Origin: Botryllus schlosseri
Taxonomy: Eukaryota
Reading direction: 5' to 3'
NCBI GenBank assembly: GCA_051294905.1
Contig: CM119371.1
Location: 40,426,001-40,490,000 of the forward strand
Length of the DNA stretch: 64,000 bases
This document shows positions 37,273-51,300 of this stretch, one piece after another. Every line of letters begins with the position of its first letter. Position 1 is the stretch's first letter. Position numbers and translations under genes: made by a program. Under the pieces are notes generated by a model. The model was not told the origin of the DNA. It searched no databases and worked only from the letters and a program-made list of their open reading frames with translations.

Positions 37273-39158
37273 CAGTGGTTCCCAGCCTTTTTTGGTGGCA
37301 GGGCCAAATTTAGAACTTAAGAGTACGGTCGGGGCCGCACGAATACCAGGGCAATGAAAGAAACCCAAAATAGTCATCAAAATATGAAAATTGCCACTGT
37401 TCCGATCATTCGCTTGATGCCATTGGCCATTGTGTTGCCGCGCTTCCGTTGTTCAGAACAATCAACTTCTGGTGGCTCTATCGAAGTAGTTTTATTGCCC
37501 TGGCGATATTTCAATTCGTTTTTTGGAATCAGTGCGACACTTGTTTCCGATAACCACCGACATATCAAATTATTCGGACGCTTGGGTCGCGAGCAATAGG
37601 ACTACCAATTATGCTGCTTTTTGTCGGCTAAGCAGTACGCATCTCGGCGTATTCAATCGTGAGTCACTTGCTGCACATCTATCCGTAAATTAGTTATCAA
37701 TACCCAGGGCCGTAATAGCACTTCGTCAGGACCCCTAAACGTTGCTCTTGCCCCCCCATAGGGTGATAAACCAAACTTCGAAGCCCCCCTCAGGTTATAG
37801 ACGGCTGTTTACCGCTATTTATCATCGAAATCGGGTGTCCGTTTCAGGCAGTTACTCTCGACTAATCGCGCGAGGCGCGAAAAATTTATCTAATTCATGA
37901 TTGAATCGGTCAATATAATCGGGAATTGCATACATATTGGTATCAATTTTTATCCTCTCTCCGCTCACGTAATCAGATTGACCGGTTAAGCCGAGTGAGT
38001 TGTGTTTAAAAAGGTAGGACCACTCGATAATAATTCTACATCGTCAGGCCCCCCAAAACACTTAGGTCTTAAGCTCCCATAGGGTAATAAACCGACCCCC
38101 CCCCCCATCCCGTTGTTCGATTCTGCCACGAAATCAGAATCACCGTTTAGTGAGCCAGCGTGAAATCTTCGATAATTCAAAATAAAATAGGTCAATAAGA
38201 TCGGGAATTGCATATATATTGCTATCAATTACTTGTCCTCTCTGCTCAGGTAATTAGATTTACCGGTAGAGCTGAGTGAGGCGTCTTGGAAACTGTAGGG
38301 CCCGTAAATTATAATAAACATATTCGGACGGGCAGACCCGTTGGTAGGACTTCGTTACATGATGTTATTTCGTGACCTCCAGTCTGCTATATAAAAAAAT
38401 ATAGAATCGCCCAAACGTACCAAACTAAAATTTGCACACGATTTGAAATTGGTAGTTCTTCACTGGCATATAATTCTTCCCTGTGGGATGGTAGCCTAAT
38501 TGTCTCGTGAGTTTCGGATTGCCAAGACAGGAACATTCGGTGCCATTAGGCGCCTATGGTCAATAATACCTTTATGTATTTTGTATATGCATAACGAAGT
38601 TTTCGGTCAGCGTAAGGGCAGTGCTTTTCGGCCAAGGTTTTCTCGCTGCCGATCGTTCGGGCACACTTCTTGGAGTTGCATGTTACATGGCCTAAAACTT
38701 TATATGTCTTTGTGCGTCGTGGCGCGGTAATGGCCAACGCCGATATGCCCACTTCGACAAATCTTGCGTATCTTATCTTGGTGGAAGAGTAGCCAATAAT
38801 TATGGTAGTTGGAAACTTGAAATCGCGTCCCGCGCGAAACATTTTTGAAAAAGTTGCATACGATTCCATAAAATACTCTATAATTTATGCTAATTCATTA
38901 AATAATTTTGAGCCCCCTTCGAGCTCGCCTCCCCCCAATTTGGGGGCTTGGGGTGCGGCAGTTACGGTCCTGTCAATACCTATCTGTATACCTACATTCC
39001 TACATCTACAACCCACAACTTTCCTGCAATCCTAATTGAAAACTCCAAGCCAAGCACGAGTATTTTATAAATATCTATATTTTTTCATAAATCGATTTCT
39101 CAATATTTTTGTGCGGGCCGCAAGAAGGCTAGCTGAGGGCCGCGGTTGGGAATCACTG
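37273..39158. mobile_element. Charlie-like hAT element nested in the pogo-like MITE
   Basis: TIR CAGTGGTTCCCA / TGGGAATCACTG with a perfect TSD GTCTAAAC. Confidence 0.9.
37705..38972. mobile_element. hAT family-A copy, innermost layer of the nest
   Basis: CAGGGCCGTAA ... TTACGGTCCTG with a perfect TSD TCAATACC. Confidence 0.9.
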
Positions 39159-41152
39159 GTCTAAACGATAGTAGATAGCAGCCAAAGCCTGCGACGCCGG
39201 CAGCGAGTTAGTTTAGGTCAACGGACCGACATCTTGCGCACGATGCCTATTATAGATGCGATTGCGCCTAGGCTAACGGTTATGTCATGCGCAACAGGTC
39301 TGTTGGAGATGCGACTGATTACGCAAGCGATTATATCTTGCGCACATGGCCTCTTGTGTATGTATAAATTGCGTATGCGATTGTTCGGGCCGGTCGTTGA
39401 CGCGATGAATTGGCGAGAATTGCCACGCACGAGTGCCTATTAGTGACCTAATTTTGCTCACGTACAAACGGCAAACCAACTCAGCAGGAGATCCCGTGCT
39501 TTTGCACACGACTCTCGTTAATTGGATACACGTATTACTACGCGCGATGGCTGAAAGTGATGCGCGATTGGAAACAAACATGAAGAATGAAGATAGGTGT
39601 GATTTCAAGTTTTTTATCGAGGGAGATTTTTTTCAAGCGCGTTGTTCCCATGTATAATACGCACCCCCCCGATTTTAGGGCAAAAACTCGTGAAAATTTT
39701 GCGCATTATACATGGAAAATTACGGTATCATAATTGGAGTTTTTTATAGATTATTTCTTCAAAGACCACATCATATTTAGAGTTGTGCCCCTTTAATTTC
39801 AACCTTGCAATCGATTTCTTACAAGCACGTTGCTATTTTTGCGCTGAAGAGATATTTCCATGACTAAGCCAAGTATTATCGTGACTCTTCTATACTTGTG
39901 CAGAGAAAGATGTTTGCAAAGTCAACACATCTACCCTTCCGAAGACGAACTTAGCGTCTACGAGCATCAAAAGGAAATAAGTCAGAGTGGAAATAGAGGG
40001 TGCCAGATGAAGATATGCTGCAAGATTGAATGAGAAGAACTTTTAAATCGGGCCGCGACAGTGTCGTAAATGGAACATCAGCAAGAATACTGATGGAGAA
40101 TGAAGATCAGTTTGGACCCATGCTCCCTTGGTAGGTACAATCTAACGCAGTGGTTTCAAACACAACATTGCCATGATCGAGTCAACCTGCGACTTTGCAA
40201 CAAACTCACAAAGTGTTCGTTTTACAGAATGCTATGATAGTACAAAACAAACTACATATATATATTCCTGAAATAATTTACGATAGTTGTGACATATCCT
40301 CGACCACAAGCCCGACCTGTGCTTAAATTGAGACTACTGATAGTACTAAAGGCTCCTGCAGACAAACTTAATTAATTAGCTATGATGTAAATCTGTCAAA
40401 TGTTCAGATTTTGGAAGAAGTGAAAATATGTTGCCTGAATCAAGCCTGTTTGGATGTTGACTTGACCTCAAAGATTTTGGAAAAGACTTGGAGCTCAGCA
40501 CTCAGTCTCCTGCAACCGCAAGAAATTCAAAAAGTTATGGGTAAGTAAGATACTTTCGCAAATTTAGGTAGTTGGCGGTCAATAACTGTCGAGTAGTTCT
40601 AGTCGCGGATTGTGAAAAATGATTAGTTCAAATTTTAGTTGCGGGTTTCGGGAAGTGAGTAATTCTTGTTCCAGCTTCGCAGTTGTGTAGGTGCTCAATA
40701 ACTGAAAAACACATGTCATCGCGAGGGTGGGTTGAAATCGAATAGCCTACCCGAGTGATTCCACAGATCTAGTTGGTTCAGGGATGGGCAATTATTTTTC
40801 TCTGCAGGCCACTTCAGTAATAGAAAGTAAGTTGGCGTGCCGAGCCAAACCAACATGTTCAGCTATATTCTCCAGTGTATTGATTTTATTTATAAATGGA
40901 AAGCAGTGAATTACATTTTTAATAAATACGTCTCCGTGGATGTGTTGATATTAGATAGCCTAATGAGAAAAGTACGGTTAATTAACGAAATGAAAATTTA
41001 TATTTATTTTCCCTCCTAATTCAAGATAATGTTAAACATGATACATTTTGAATTCTCTGTAATCCAGGTATTTATATCAATACATTAAAAGGTAAGCTAT
41101 ATCTTAACAGTGCGACTTGATGAAATTGACATATATATATATCGGTTTCGGC

Positions 41153-42103
41153 CAGTGTTGGGATGACTCGAGTCATGACTTGACTCGAGTCAGACTCGAG
41201 TCAACTTTTTCGAATGACTTGACTTGACTCGAGTCTCTTTGCTAAAATGACTTGACTTGACTTGACTCGGAGCATCAAAAATGTGCATTGACTCGTGACT
41301 CGGAGCAAAATTCACGAGTCAATTTCAAGTCATCAAGTAATCGATGTCGATAAAAATAATTGTATCTTAGATATGGTCGGATTGCTCGCGAAACGCTGGT
41401 GTAACCCGTGAGAGCTACTAATCATTCAAATGATCGTGCGTTTTACTGAGCCTCCATTGTTCTCTCACAAATATATTGACCGCAAACGAAGTGATCGAAG
41501 CTTATAGCTTACGATGTCGTAAGTAGCAAAATGTATATTTCTGTTCTCTGTTCTTACCTTAACCAAACCTCTTGTTTTATTGAAATTGAATTCGAATATA
41601 GTTTATAGTCATCAACCATTGGCGCAGGCTCGAATTGTATCATGTCAATTTGTAAGTGGGTAAATGTATTGCATCTTATCAATTCCTTTCTTTATTTTCG
41701 CTGGTAACTAAATAATGAGGCTGTACAATTACTTACGTAGTTTAGCAGTTCTACGTATAGCCTATGTGAGCGATACGGCGCCTTATTGCGTGTATATTTA
41801 ACTCTATATTCGTTCATTGGTTCAGAATCAATGATCACTCAATCTGTATTTCAGACAGCCAGCAAAGTGCAATGACGTAATCATGTCTCATACTTCGAAA
41901 AGGCAACTTGACTTGAATTTTGACTTGACTCGTGACTTGACTTGACTTGACTCGACTTGACTCGAGTCACCTCCAAAAATCGAGTGACTTGACTTGACTC
42001 GAGTCACCTTCGAAAATCGATTGACTTGACTTGACTCGAGTCAAAATGTGCAATGACTCGAAATGACTCGTGACTCGAAGGTTGTGACTTGATCCCAACA
42101 CTG
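41153..42103. mobile_element. hAT MITE with GACTCGAGTC/GACTT subterminal arrays
   Basis: TIR CAGTGTTGGGAT / ATCCCAACACTG with a perfect TSD GTTTCGGC. Confidence 0.92.
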
Positions 42104-44069
42104 GTTTCGGCCGACATGTGGCGGTACTTTTGGTCAAGATTTCCTCGCCGTTGAGCTTTTTTGCAGCACACTTCGCAGAGTCACATGTTAGCCGAAACGT
42201 CATTGTCAACGTCTTGGTGTGTCCTGACGCGCTAACGGCCGACGCCGAAATGCTGATCTCTATAAATTAGCTGTTCTTGCGGGTAGTGTGGTACCCATAT
42301 TATTATCAAAACATCTAGTCACTATATATCGCGCGAAGAAAATTTGAATTAAATTTCATAAATTATAGGATTTATGTCCATTTACGAAGTAATTTTTGGT
42401 GCTTCGAGCTCGGGCCCTCTCCATTTGAGGGGTCTGGGATGCGGCAGTTGCGGCTCTGTGTTTAGTGCTCCATACCTTCTTTGCATTTCAGCTTTCGACA
42501 TTCTTTTTATGATATGTCCATTCACCCTTTATGTATGATGAGGTCTCAGTCAAAACGCGCACTGACAATGGCAACAAAGAAGGTTTGAACCAAACTATAC
42601 GGAAGGAGTCACTTATTGTGACTTATTGTTACGACTTAGCTACATTGACTTGATTTTAAATCTGGATTACGCATACAAGCTTGGGAGGGACGTACGCTAT
42701 GTTATCGCGATACATTATTGAGCAGGTTTCAAAGTAAATCAATTTCCGTTCCAGCTCAGTTTATCCAGCTTATGGTTTTATTCAGCAATATTCAAAAGTA
42801 GGTTTTGTGTTTTTAATTCCAAAAAATGGCCACACGTGCTTCTCAAAATAGCGGGGCTCACTTTGCCCATGGCTGAGTTCGATGTATAATAGTTCGTTAG
42901 TTGCGGATTTATAAAGGTCATTACTTAATAGGATATTATAGAAATAGGGTATTTCAAGTTGCCGATATTAAAAACTGTCTGGTTCCTAAGGCAATGTTGA
43001 AATTTGCATATTTTTTGCCACGCCCATATTTGCAGTTCACACCACACAAACAGTAACTGCATTCATTTAATTTTTGTAACTGCATTTATTTAATTTTTAA
43101 ACCGTTTTTTTCTCGAATGTTCCACTTGAGCTGATCTCTCGCCTCTCATTCAGGTAATCAGAAATTGGACTGGGTGGTCGGCATACCCACCATTTTCAAT
43201 GAACGCTTCGACAGCTTCCTGATTATGGATAAGGTGAGTTGTTGATAATGGTTAAAACTGGTTTGCTCAATAATACTACAAGACAATACTACAATAATAA
43301 TAATAATAGTTAATTCAGATTCAAGTGCTCGAATCATTATGCCCAGCCCTACAAACAATGTGAGTTTAGTGTGCGCCATTGCCTCGCGGGAAAACCAGTC
43401 AAAAACCATTGATATTGTTAGTTGTGATTTAGTTCGTAAGCTCCTGATTTTAAAAGGTTGCTAGTACTAGTTCTAGTATCAAATTTTAAAAAGTTCTAGG
43501 TATAGTTGTAAGTTATAGTTATATTTGTGGATTTTGAAAATTGAGTAATTTTAGTTACAATTCTCGTTTTGAATTTTATAAGGTGATTGATTAGTCCTAG
43601 TTTTAGTTTTACTTGCGGATTTGAAAAAGCGAGTAGTTCTGTTTTCGGAATTCCCAGAAAAGACACAAACAACCTTTGGCCGGGTCGCAATCACCAAAGT
43701 TGAACTCCGTCACCAAAATACAAGTTTTCAAATCCTGGATTTACCGCCCATCCGTGCAATAATCCATCCATTTATTAATAATTGGATGATCGTAGGTCGT
43801 AGCATCAAATAGTATAGTGGTGCAGAGGTAAAGGATTGGAAGACTGTGCATGCGTGCATACTTGATATTGTCAAGTGAAAAGTAGATTTTGTACATAGCG
43901 AGACAATTCATAGACAAGGTCATTGTAATGAGGTGCTAATAGATTTTTGTCATCTTAACTGGCTGTGATTGATACAACTTTAAACCACCTTGGAAACTAT
44001 TCATATGTATTCTATCAACCCGTGTGCCTTGAATAGTGCATGCATGGTAATGACATTTATATTCATTAT

Positions 44070-44296
44070 AGGATCCGAAGAATGTCAACCCGACGATGAA
44101 GTGCGATACTCTTCAGAAAAAGTGGACAATCCATCTCGTTTGGGAATCTGTCGATGGACTAATGAGTTTCCATCATACAGTGGCGACATATTGCGTTTTC
44201 AACATGAAGTTTGCGCCAGCGTCAGCGAGTTCATTGAACTTTTCGCAGATTTTCTTGCAAACATTCCAGATGTCAAATACAGCTAAATACATCTAA
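44070..44296 (+). pseudogene. Remnant of the EnSpm second (accessory) ORF
   Basis: ATYCVFNMKFAPASASSLNFSQ resembles the xYYVFNxxYPxxxxxxLEFxQ motif of EnSpm-associated SAMD3-like proteins, and it lies just inside the right TIR. Confidence 0.45.
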
Positions 44297-46795
44297 CCAC
44301 AGGGTATGTGTACATTAATAGAGGTGAAAGGTCAATTTGAAGCATTATTAGGACATGGGTAGGGACATGGATGTCAACAGGTCTACATGGATGTCGACAA
44401 GTTATCATGGGCCTTTTCCATGTCAACATGACTCAGGTGGGACCAGGTCTAGACTATGGGTACACCCATGATTATTTTTTACAGTGTATAATTTCAAAAA
44501 AGAGGACAAAATCTCAAAAAAGAGGGCAAAAGGGCGTCCTCCGAGGACCCTTTCAAAAAAGTCAAAAAAGAGGACGAATCCTATTAAAAGAGGACGTATG
44601 GTAACCCTACCATAGGGTGATGAAACGACCCGTCCATCACGTTGTTCGCGTTTGTCACGAAATCATCTGTACTGTATTGTGAGCCAGCGCGAGGCGCGAA
44701 AATTTTCGATAATTTATGATACAATCGGTCAATCAGATCGGCGAATACATAATATATTATCAATTTATTTTCCTCTCTAGTCACGTAATTATTTACCGGT
44801 AGAGCTGAGTGACGTGTCTTGAAAACGGGAAGGCCCGTGAATAATAATTAAACATCTTCTGGCGGGCGGACCCGTTGATATGACTTCGTTACATGATGTT
44901 ATTTCGTGACTTCCAGTCTGCTATATCAAAAAATATAGAATCACTCAAACGTAGGCTTCTAAACTAAGAGACGCACACGATTTCAAATTGGTATTTCTTC
45001 ACTGGCATAAAATATCTCCCAGAGGGATGGTATTTGTCTTGTAAGGTTCAGATTGCAAAGACAGTAACATTCGGCGTCAGTCATTTAGGCGCCTATGGAC
45101 AATTAAACCTATTTGTATTTTATATATAGAACGCAGTCTTCGGTCAGCATAAGGGCATAGACCTTTTCGGCCAAGGTTTTCTCGCTGCCGATCGTTCTGG
45201 CACACTTCTTGGAGTCGCGTGTTCTACGGCCTAAAACTTGATTGTATGTCTTGGTGGGTCGTGGCGCGGTGATGGCCCAATACCAAATAATAAAGATAAA
45301 TGGCTAATTGAATTGGCGCACTACGCGAAAAAATGTTGAAAAATTGGCTCAAATTTTCAAAAAATACTTTATGATTTATGCTAATTCACGAAATAATTTT
45401 GGGCCCCCTTCGAGCTCGGGCCCCCCAATTGGGGAGTTTGGGGTGCGGCAGTTACGGTGCTGGATATAGCCTACATATATATTTATTTGTTCATAGGCGC
45501 CTAAATGGCTGGCGCCAAATGTTACTGTCCTGGCAATAAGAACCGCACAAAAAATCACATCTCGCAGATATACCTATCTGAAATCGTGTGCGTCTTTAAG
45601 TTTAGTACGTATGGGCGATTTGAATATCTTTTGACATAGCAGACAGGCCACGAAATGTCATTACGTAACGAAGTCATTATACCCACGGGTCCGCCCGAAT
45701 ATGTTCATTGTTCAATTATTATTTACGGGCCCTACATTTTCCAAGACACCTCACTCAGCTTTACCGGTAAATCTGAATACATAAGCAGAGAGAGAGGATA
45801 AAAAATTGACAGCAATATATACGCAATTCCCGATCATATTGACCGATTCAATCATGAATGATATAAATTTTTAGGGCTTCGCGCGGATTAAGCCGACTAA
45901 CCTAAGAGTCCAACAATTTGTGCTGAGAAGTAGCGGTAAAGAGGTATCGGGGTGAGGGTTTGGTCTGAGTGGTGCAGAAGTTTGCTTTGTCGCCCTATGG
46001 AGGGGGGGGGGGGGTCAAGACCAACGTATTGGGGGGGCTGACGCAGTGCTGTTACGGTCCTTTTGGAATCAAGTCGGAGAAATCACCTTTTTTGTTAGTC
46101 AACTCACCAAAATTTAGCTGGAAAAGTATACTTTAGAGGTCGACTCGAAAATTTGACCTATTATCTTAGTTAACTCGCCGGTGATTTCAGTCGGTATGCC
46201 CATTTTTCGGTTCCCAATATTTTGGGGGCAATGATCGGTGTGGAATTTGAAAAGGGAGCGATGAGTCGAAAAAGGTTGGGAACCACTGGATTATATCTTG
46301 CGCACATGGCCTCTTGTGCATGCAATTGTTAAGACCTGTCGTTGACACGATGAATCAGCAAGGATTCCGCGCACTCTTGTAGCAATCTGCGACCTAATTT
46401 CGCTCGCGTACAAACGGCAAACTAACTCAGCAAGAGAGCACGTATTGTGCAGAAGACTCTCGTTAATTGGCAATACGCTTCTCTATTTGGCAGCGCCGTA
46501 CACTCTATAATACGAATTACGGCGTACGGGGCATTGGAAACAAACATGAAGAAAGGTGCGATTTCAAGTTCTTGATGGAGGGAGATTTTTTTCAAGGCTT
46601 GCTGTACCCATGTATAATGCGCACAGCCTATTTTAGGGCAAAAAATCGGTAGAATTTTGCGCATTATACATGGAAAATTAAGGTATTCCCCACTAGAAAC
46701 CATTGAATTCCCCACCACTGGGAACCACTGGTCTATTATATCGCATTACGCTAACTGTTTATATGTATCCTCACATCTGCACTACGCTTACCTAC

Positions 46796-48308
46796 CAGTG
46801 ATGAGCGGACTGTGATATATTTCGGTCCAAGTCCAATCCTGAAAATTTTTAACTCACTCCTACTCCATCCTTTTCCAAAAATATTTTCAAAATTCACAGT
46901 CCAAGTCCGGTCCTGAAATCTTTCAACTCAGTCCTACTATATCCTGATCCAAAAATATTTTCAAAACTTACAGTCCAACTCCATCCTGATCCAAAAATAT
47001 TTTCAAAATCTAAAGTCCCAATCTATAAATAAAAAACAGAAGAACATGTTATAGAGAATAATTAGGCTATCTGAAATATTACTCTGGTCTGTGAAAAGAT
47101 GTATATTTCCAATGTTTGCCTTCACTCGAGCTGCAGTGGGCCTACATGACACAGCAACTTTAATTTTACATTTTAGCAACACGAATGTAAATATCTAGAC
47201 TGGCAAGATGGCTATCAATACCTAACCATCAAATCATGAGCAATGTGCATGTGCGTACATACAATGACATCAGGGTTGATCAATATAGTTTTTTTTATAA
47301 ATTTGACTGGCTAGTTGATAAAATTGTTAGGTCGGTTTGAACAAACGCTGCACATCAAATTCGATTCAATTCCAGCCTGTAGAAGCGAAGTTATTACAAC
47401 TGGAAAATTTTCAATATAATAAAAAGTATACACACTTTTTCGAATTATACTGGCTGCCCGTCCCTATAAAGTTTTGTAAGAAAATCGTGCATAACAAATT
47501 TGACTCAATTCCAACCCACACGGTATTTACTGTGGGATATTCTCTCATCAATAATTATAGATCTGAAACACTACTTTGAAGATTCATATTGAAATGAACC
47601 CGAATATTTTCGGCAGAAACTCGTCAGGGGTAATCGTCAGCAACTAATAGATAATTGAAAATAACATTGTATATCATCAATCGTATCACAAAATATGACA
47701 GCCGAAAATATCCGGGCTTATTCCAATATGAACATACTATGCAACACCATTTTTCTAACCCAAAATTTTCCACTTCAAAGAATTCACCTATACCGGTTGG
47801 AATTCAACCAGTAGCATCTTTAGCCAGTAAATTTCGAAAAAAAAGTTATATCTATCCAATCCTAATGTACCTACTATCCATACCAGACAAACAAATAATA
47901 TAGTCACGTTCCGGGTCAATACACAACAATTTTGCCATAGTAGTTTGTTCCGTGAGTACATAAAATATTTTAGACGAAAGAACCAGCCAAATCACAATAT
48001 ATAGGTGAGCAAATACCACATTAACGATCAACTTGAATCAACGTCCATTGGCAACACTGGGAACAATTCTTCTCTCCATCCGCCCGCACTGAGCTATATA
48101 AACAAACACTGAGCTATATTAAAATACCCCGCACTTCTGGTTGCGAAATCAGCGTGCCCGAGTCCGGATTTTGGCATGCGCAAAGTCCAAGTCCAACTAT
48201 ATTTTTGAAAATCACAATCCGAGTCCAAACTTTTTTCTCAAAATCACTATCCGGACCTAACGAAAATAACCCATAATCCTGATCCTGTCCAATCCAATGC
48301 TCATCCTG
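46796..48308. mobile_element. hAT element with GTCCAA/ATCCTG subterminal repeats, carrying a PLE pseudo-LTR insertion
   Basis: CAGTGATGAGC ... GCTCATCCTG with TSD TTACCTAC / CTACCTAC (7/8 match). Confidence 0.75.
47598..47631 (-). ncRNA. Minimal hammerhead motif, intact core, in a PLE pseudo-LTR (about 47580-47740)
   Basis: The minus strand reads ACCC-CUGACGA-G(uuucugc)C-GAAA-auau-UC-GGGU. Differences from the 14630 copy are confined to loop II. Confidence 0.8.
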
Positions 48309-51300
48309 CTACCTACCTCATCTTAGAAAAAGTTCTGGCGCATACAACGAACGTCTTGCATTTTCTGCCGATGGCTATGCAACTTCTTGCCCCCTTCTAC
48401 GCTTTCGCATGATAACATACGCTGATTAAGTCTCCTCACACCGCAACAATCCAACCAAATTTACTACAAGTTCAAATGACTAATTATTGTTTATTTCACA
48501 CTAATTCTACACATTACATAACATGAAAATGAGCTGCATGAACAAAATACAATCAGCGAAAATTCAGCTACTACACTCCTAGTCTAAGCTAATGTACTTA
48601 GTAGTCATTAACAATTTTCTCGGTTGTGGCTAATATTATTGTTGTTTCAATCACAACGGATAATGAGGAATATTTGTCAACAACAAAATGTTACAGAATG
48701 TCAAGCAGCGAAGCAAAATAATTTTGTAATAAGTGTTCAGTGAATAGTATTTGGATAGTATATTCCTATTGAAATGGCCCCGTCTATTTTCGGCTGACAA
48801 TCACTAGGTGTAATCGTCAGCAACTAGTGAGGAATTGGAAGGAAGGAATATACTATTCAATTGTATATTGCAGCTCTGTAACGCCAACAAGCTCTTTGAA
48901 TCACATTTATACGATTTCATAAATTCCGATTGTTATACATTTAAAAATTGCCTCTTTATCCGTTAACTTGAGTATATTAGACCATCAAGAATTAATCATT
49001 CACATATAATAATAAGCATGGTCACTAAGGGGAATGTGGCAATGATATTTCGATTTGGTCATTTGGAATCACCAAGCTAGCATAAAACGTGAACATCGAA
49101 ATTGAACCATGAAAATCATTGACTTGAAATACAGCGACCATCATTATGCAACAGCATAATATCAACCTTTTTGATGAGAGAGAGAGAGAGTCTTTATTTT
49201 GATCCAACCAATATGTCATGAAATAGCTAGCCAATGAAAGTTATAAAGTCTGTTAGATTAGTATTTTTTTTTCCGTGACGCCAACTGTACTCAAGACATA
49301 GAAAGTGATCACGTAATGGTGACGGAACATAGAAGATACTACATAATTGATATTACATTGGGATTCATGCACTACTAGAGACATCTATGTTCAACAACAT
49401 TTTTTTTTTCATTTTTTTTTAGTTATTCATTTTTTATTCTATTTTTTTATCATAATCAACCATTAAAAATGACAACACACTATACACGATACATGTGGGA
49501 TTAGTAACATTTTTTTTATTCATTTTCCGTGTTTTGTATTTTTTTTGTACATCATATTCAATTATTTAAAACCATAACACCTGATCACTAACACATATCG
49601 AGATTTTAGTCTTTATATACACATAACTACCTTCTACAATCATCGTGAAAGTTTGCATGAAAAGTATAGTGGCCTAGAAAAAGTAACATCACGAATATAC
49701 ATGATAATGTGTGTAACCGCTGGCCAAAAATATTGATTAGAGTTGGTTAACGATTGCTGATTTGACAAATAAATTTCAGCATAATTATTCTTTGACATTC
49801 TCCGACTTGATGATTTAGACAGAGAACATTGGTTGCCACGACGAAATATACAGTATGACAACAATTCATCATAGAAGACAGAAGATATGTATTTTGAAAT
49901 GATTCAATTCAATTGTAACTTGCGTATCAATCATGATAAAAGCTAAATATCCTGCATCATGACAGCTTCCAGTGTACTCTAGTCGAAGAACTTGTCTGTT
50001 CAAATCCATTACATCAGTAAATAACACCTTAAAACACGCATGTGATGAAAAGCGAGAAACGGAACGATATATGCGGATATGAATCTTGTTTTTGTTGTGT
50101 TTTTAAACTTGCGCAACTTTTTCCAGTTACCTAACTGTGAAATGCACGATATAAATCGCATCATTGCGTTGTAACGTGTCAATTGTATCAATCGAATGCG
50201 AAATCTTCAACTTGAATTCTGACATGCAACGCAGTCGTTCTGCTCGTGAATCTCAATTTTGTTGATGAGGAATTTTAGGCTCTTGTACACAATTACTGTC
50301 GTTTCATCGGTCGTCTTTTATTCCGCTCTCTGAAAAACAAGTGCTTCTGAATAAATCCATATCCTAGTTAATCAAACAAGTTTGCCTACTATTCGGATTA
50401 TCAGATGGAGATGCACCGTTCGCTTGTTTACGTCATTACAGCGTGCAAAATAGAATTAGACTTTTTGTAAACGACCTGGGCTCATCGTCGGATGCATTGT
50501 AGGGATTTCATCTACAGATGGACTATGGATTTCTATTTTTGCAAGACGATTCTCGAGCATCTTCGGCTCGCAGTCCAATATACGGCATCATATCAATTTA
50601 GTACACGCATTTCTTGTAAATAAACTTGCAGGCAACACATCGTATATCAGGGAGCTGCATTGACCGGGACGCTCCACTTCCTAGTGGACTTTGTTAACAC
50701 TTCACATTCCCATTACGTAAATTACAGTGCAGTGGAAAGATGTCGAGTGTCAATGACGCTTGGAAAGATAGCTCAACACTTGGTTTGATAGAAAGTGTCT
50801 TTTTAGTGCCACTAGGATCATCTGTATGAGTGGAAAGGTCACGAAAAATAGGGTCGTGCATTTTTGCATCAAGGTAACCTTAAACGGGTGTCGATAAGCG
50901 TACTGGTATCACACTTGGGTAATTGTATAATTCTAGTTGTCTAATTAGACTAAATAGAGTGAAATGCCGGTAATCTAATTTGCATCTGATTTGTGAAATA
51001 ATTCGTTGCTATCATTCTGATACTCACCTAATTTTTGGTTTTCCTGTAAATGTTACTGAGAGAACAGTATAGTGTGAAATGGGCCAAGCTTGCTGTACAG
51101 CCGTATTCTATTATCATGCTCATGAGCAGGAACCATTGTTTGAGATGACGGGACATGATGAAATGTCAAAGTTATCGCGAATGCAGTAATTCTAATTCTA
51201 ATCTAATTTGGAAAAAAGCTGAGTAGCTATCATTTCAATTTAATTCAATTTGGAAATAACTGTATAACTCTAGTTCTAATTCTACTGCAATTTGAAAAAG

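Larger units (their letters stand above)
36908..39725. mobile_element. pogo-like MITE with both ends, interrupted by a hAT insertion
   Basis: TA|CCGTAATTTTCCA ... TGGAAAATTACGG|TA. Confidence 0.85.
34804..44486 (+). mobile_element. EnSpm/CACTA-superfamily element (CACTG termini), about 9.7 kb including later insertions, decayed
   Basis: TIR CACTGTAAAAAATAA(A/T)CATGG at both ends, a 2-bp TA duplication, CATG-rich subterminal repeats (34820-34950, 44350-44470) and internal coding remnants. Confidence 0.85.
34488..44609. mobile_element. hAT family-B copy split into 34488-34803 and 44487-44609 by the EnSpm element
   Basis: The two halves concatenate to match 29867-30307, with the break at TCTGACCTA|..TTTCAAAAAAGAGGAC. 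Imperfect TSD ACACAGGG / CCATAGGG. Confidence 0.85.
34063..45462. mobile_element. hAT family-A copy split into 34063-34487 and 44610-45462
   Basis: Starts CAGGGCCGTAAC and ends GTTACGGTGCTG. The sequence resumes collinearly after 44609. The outer TSD does not match. Confidence 0.7.
33653..46683. mobile_element. Outer pogo-like MITE ends (left 33653-34062, right about 46291-46683) enclosing the nested transposon stack
   Basis: TA|CCGTAATTTTCCAAGTATAGTACGC on the left and GCATTATACATGGAAAATTAAGG|TA on the right. Both halves match the copy at 36908-39725, but they overlap by about 90 bp, so they may be two copies. Confidence 0.55.
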
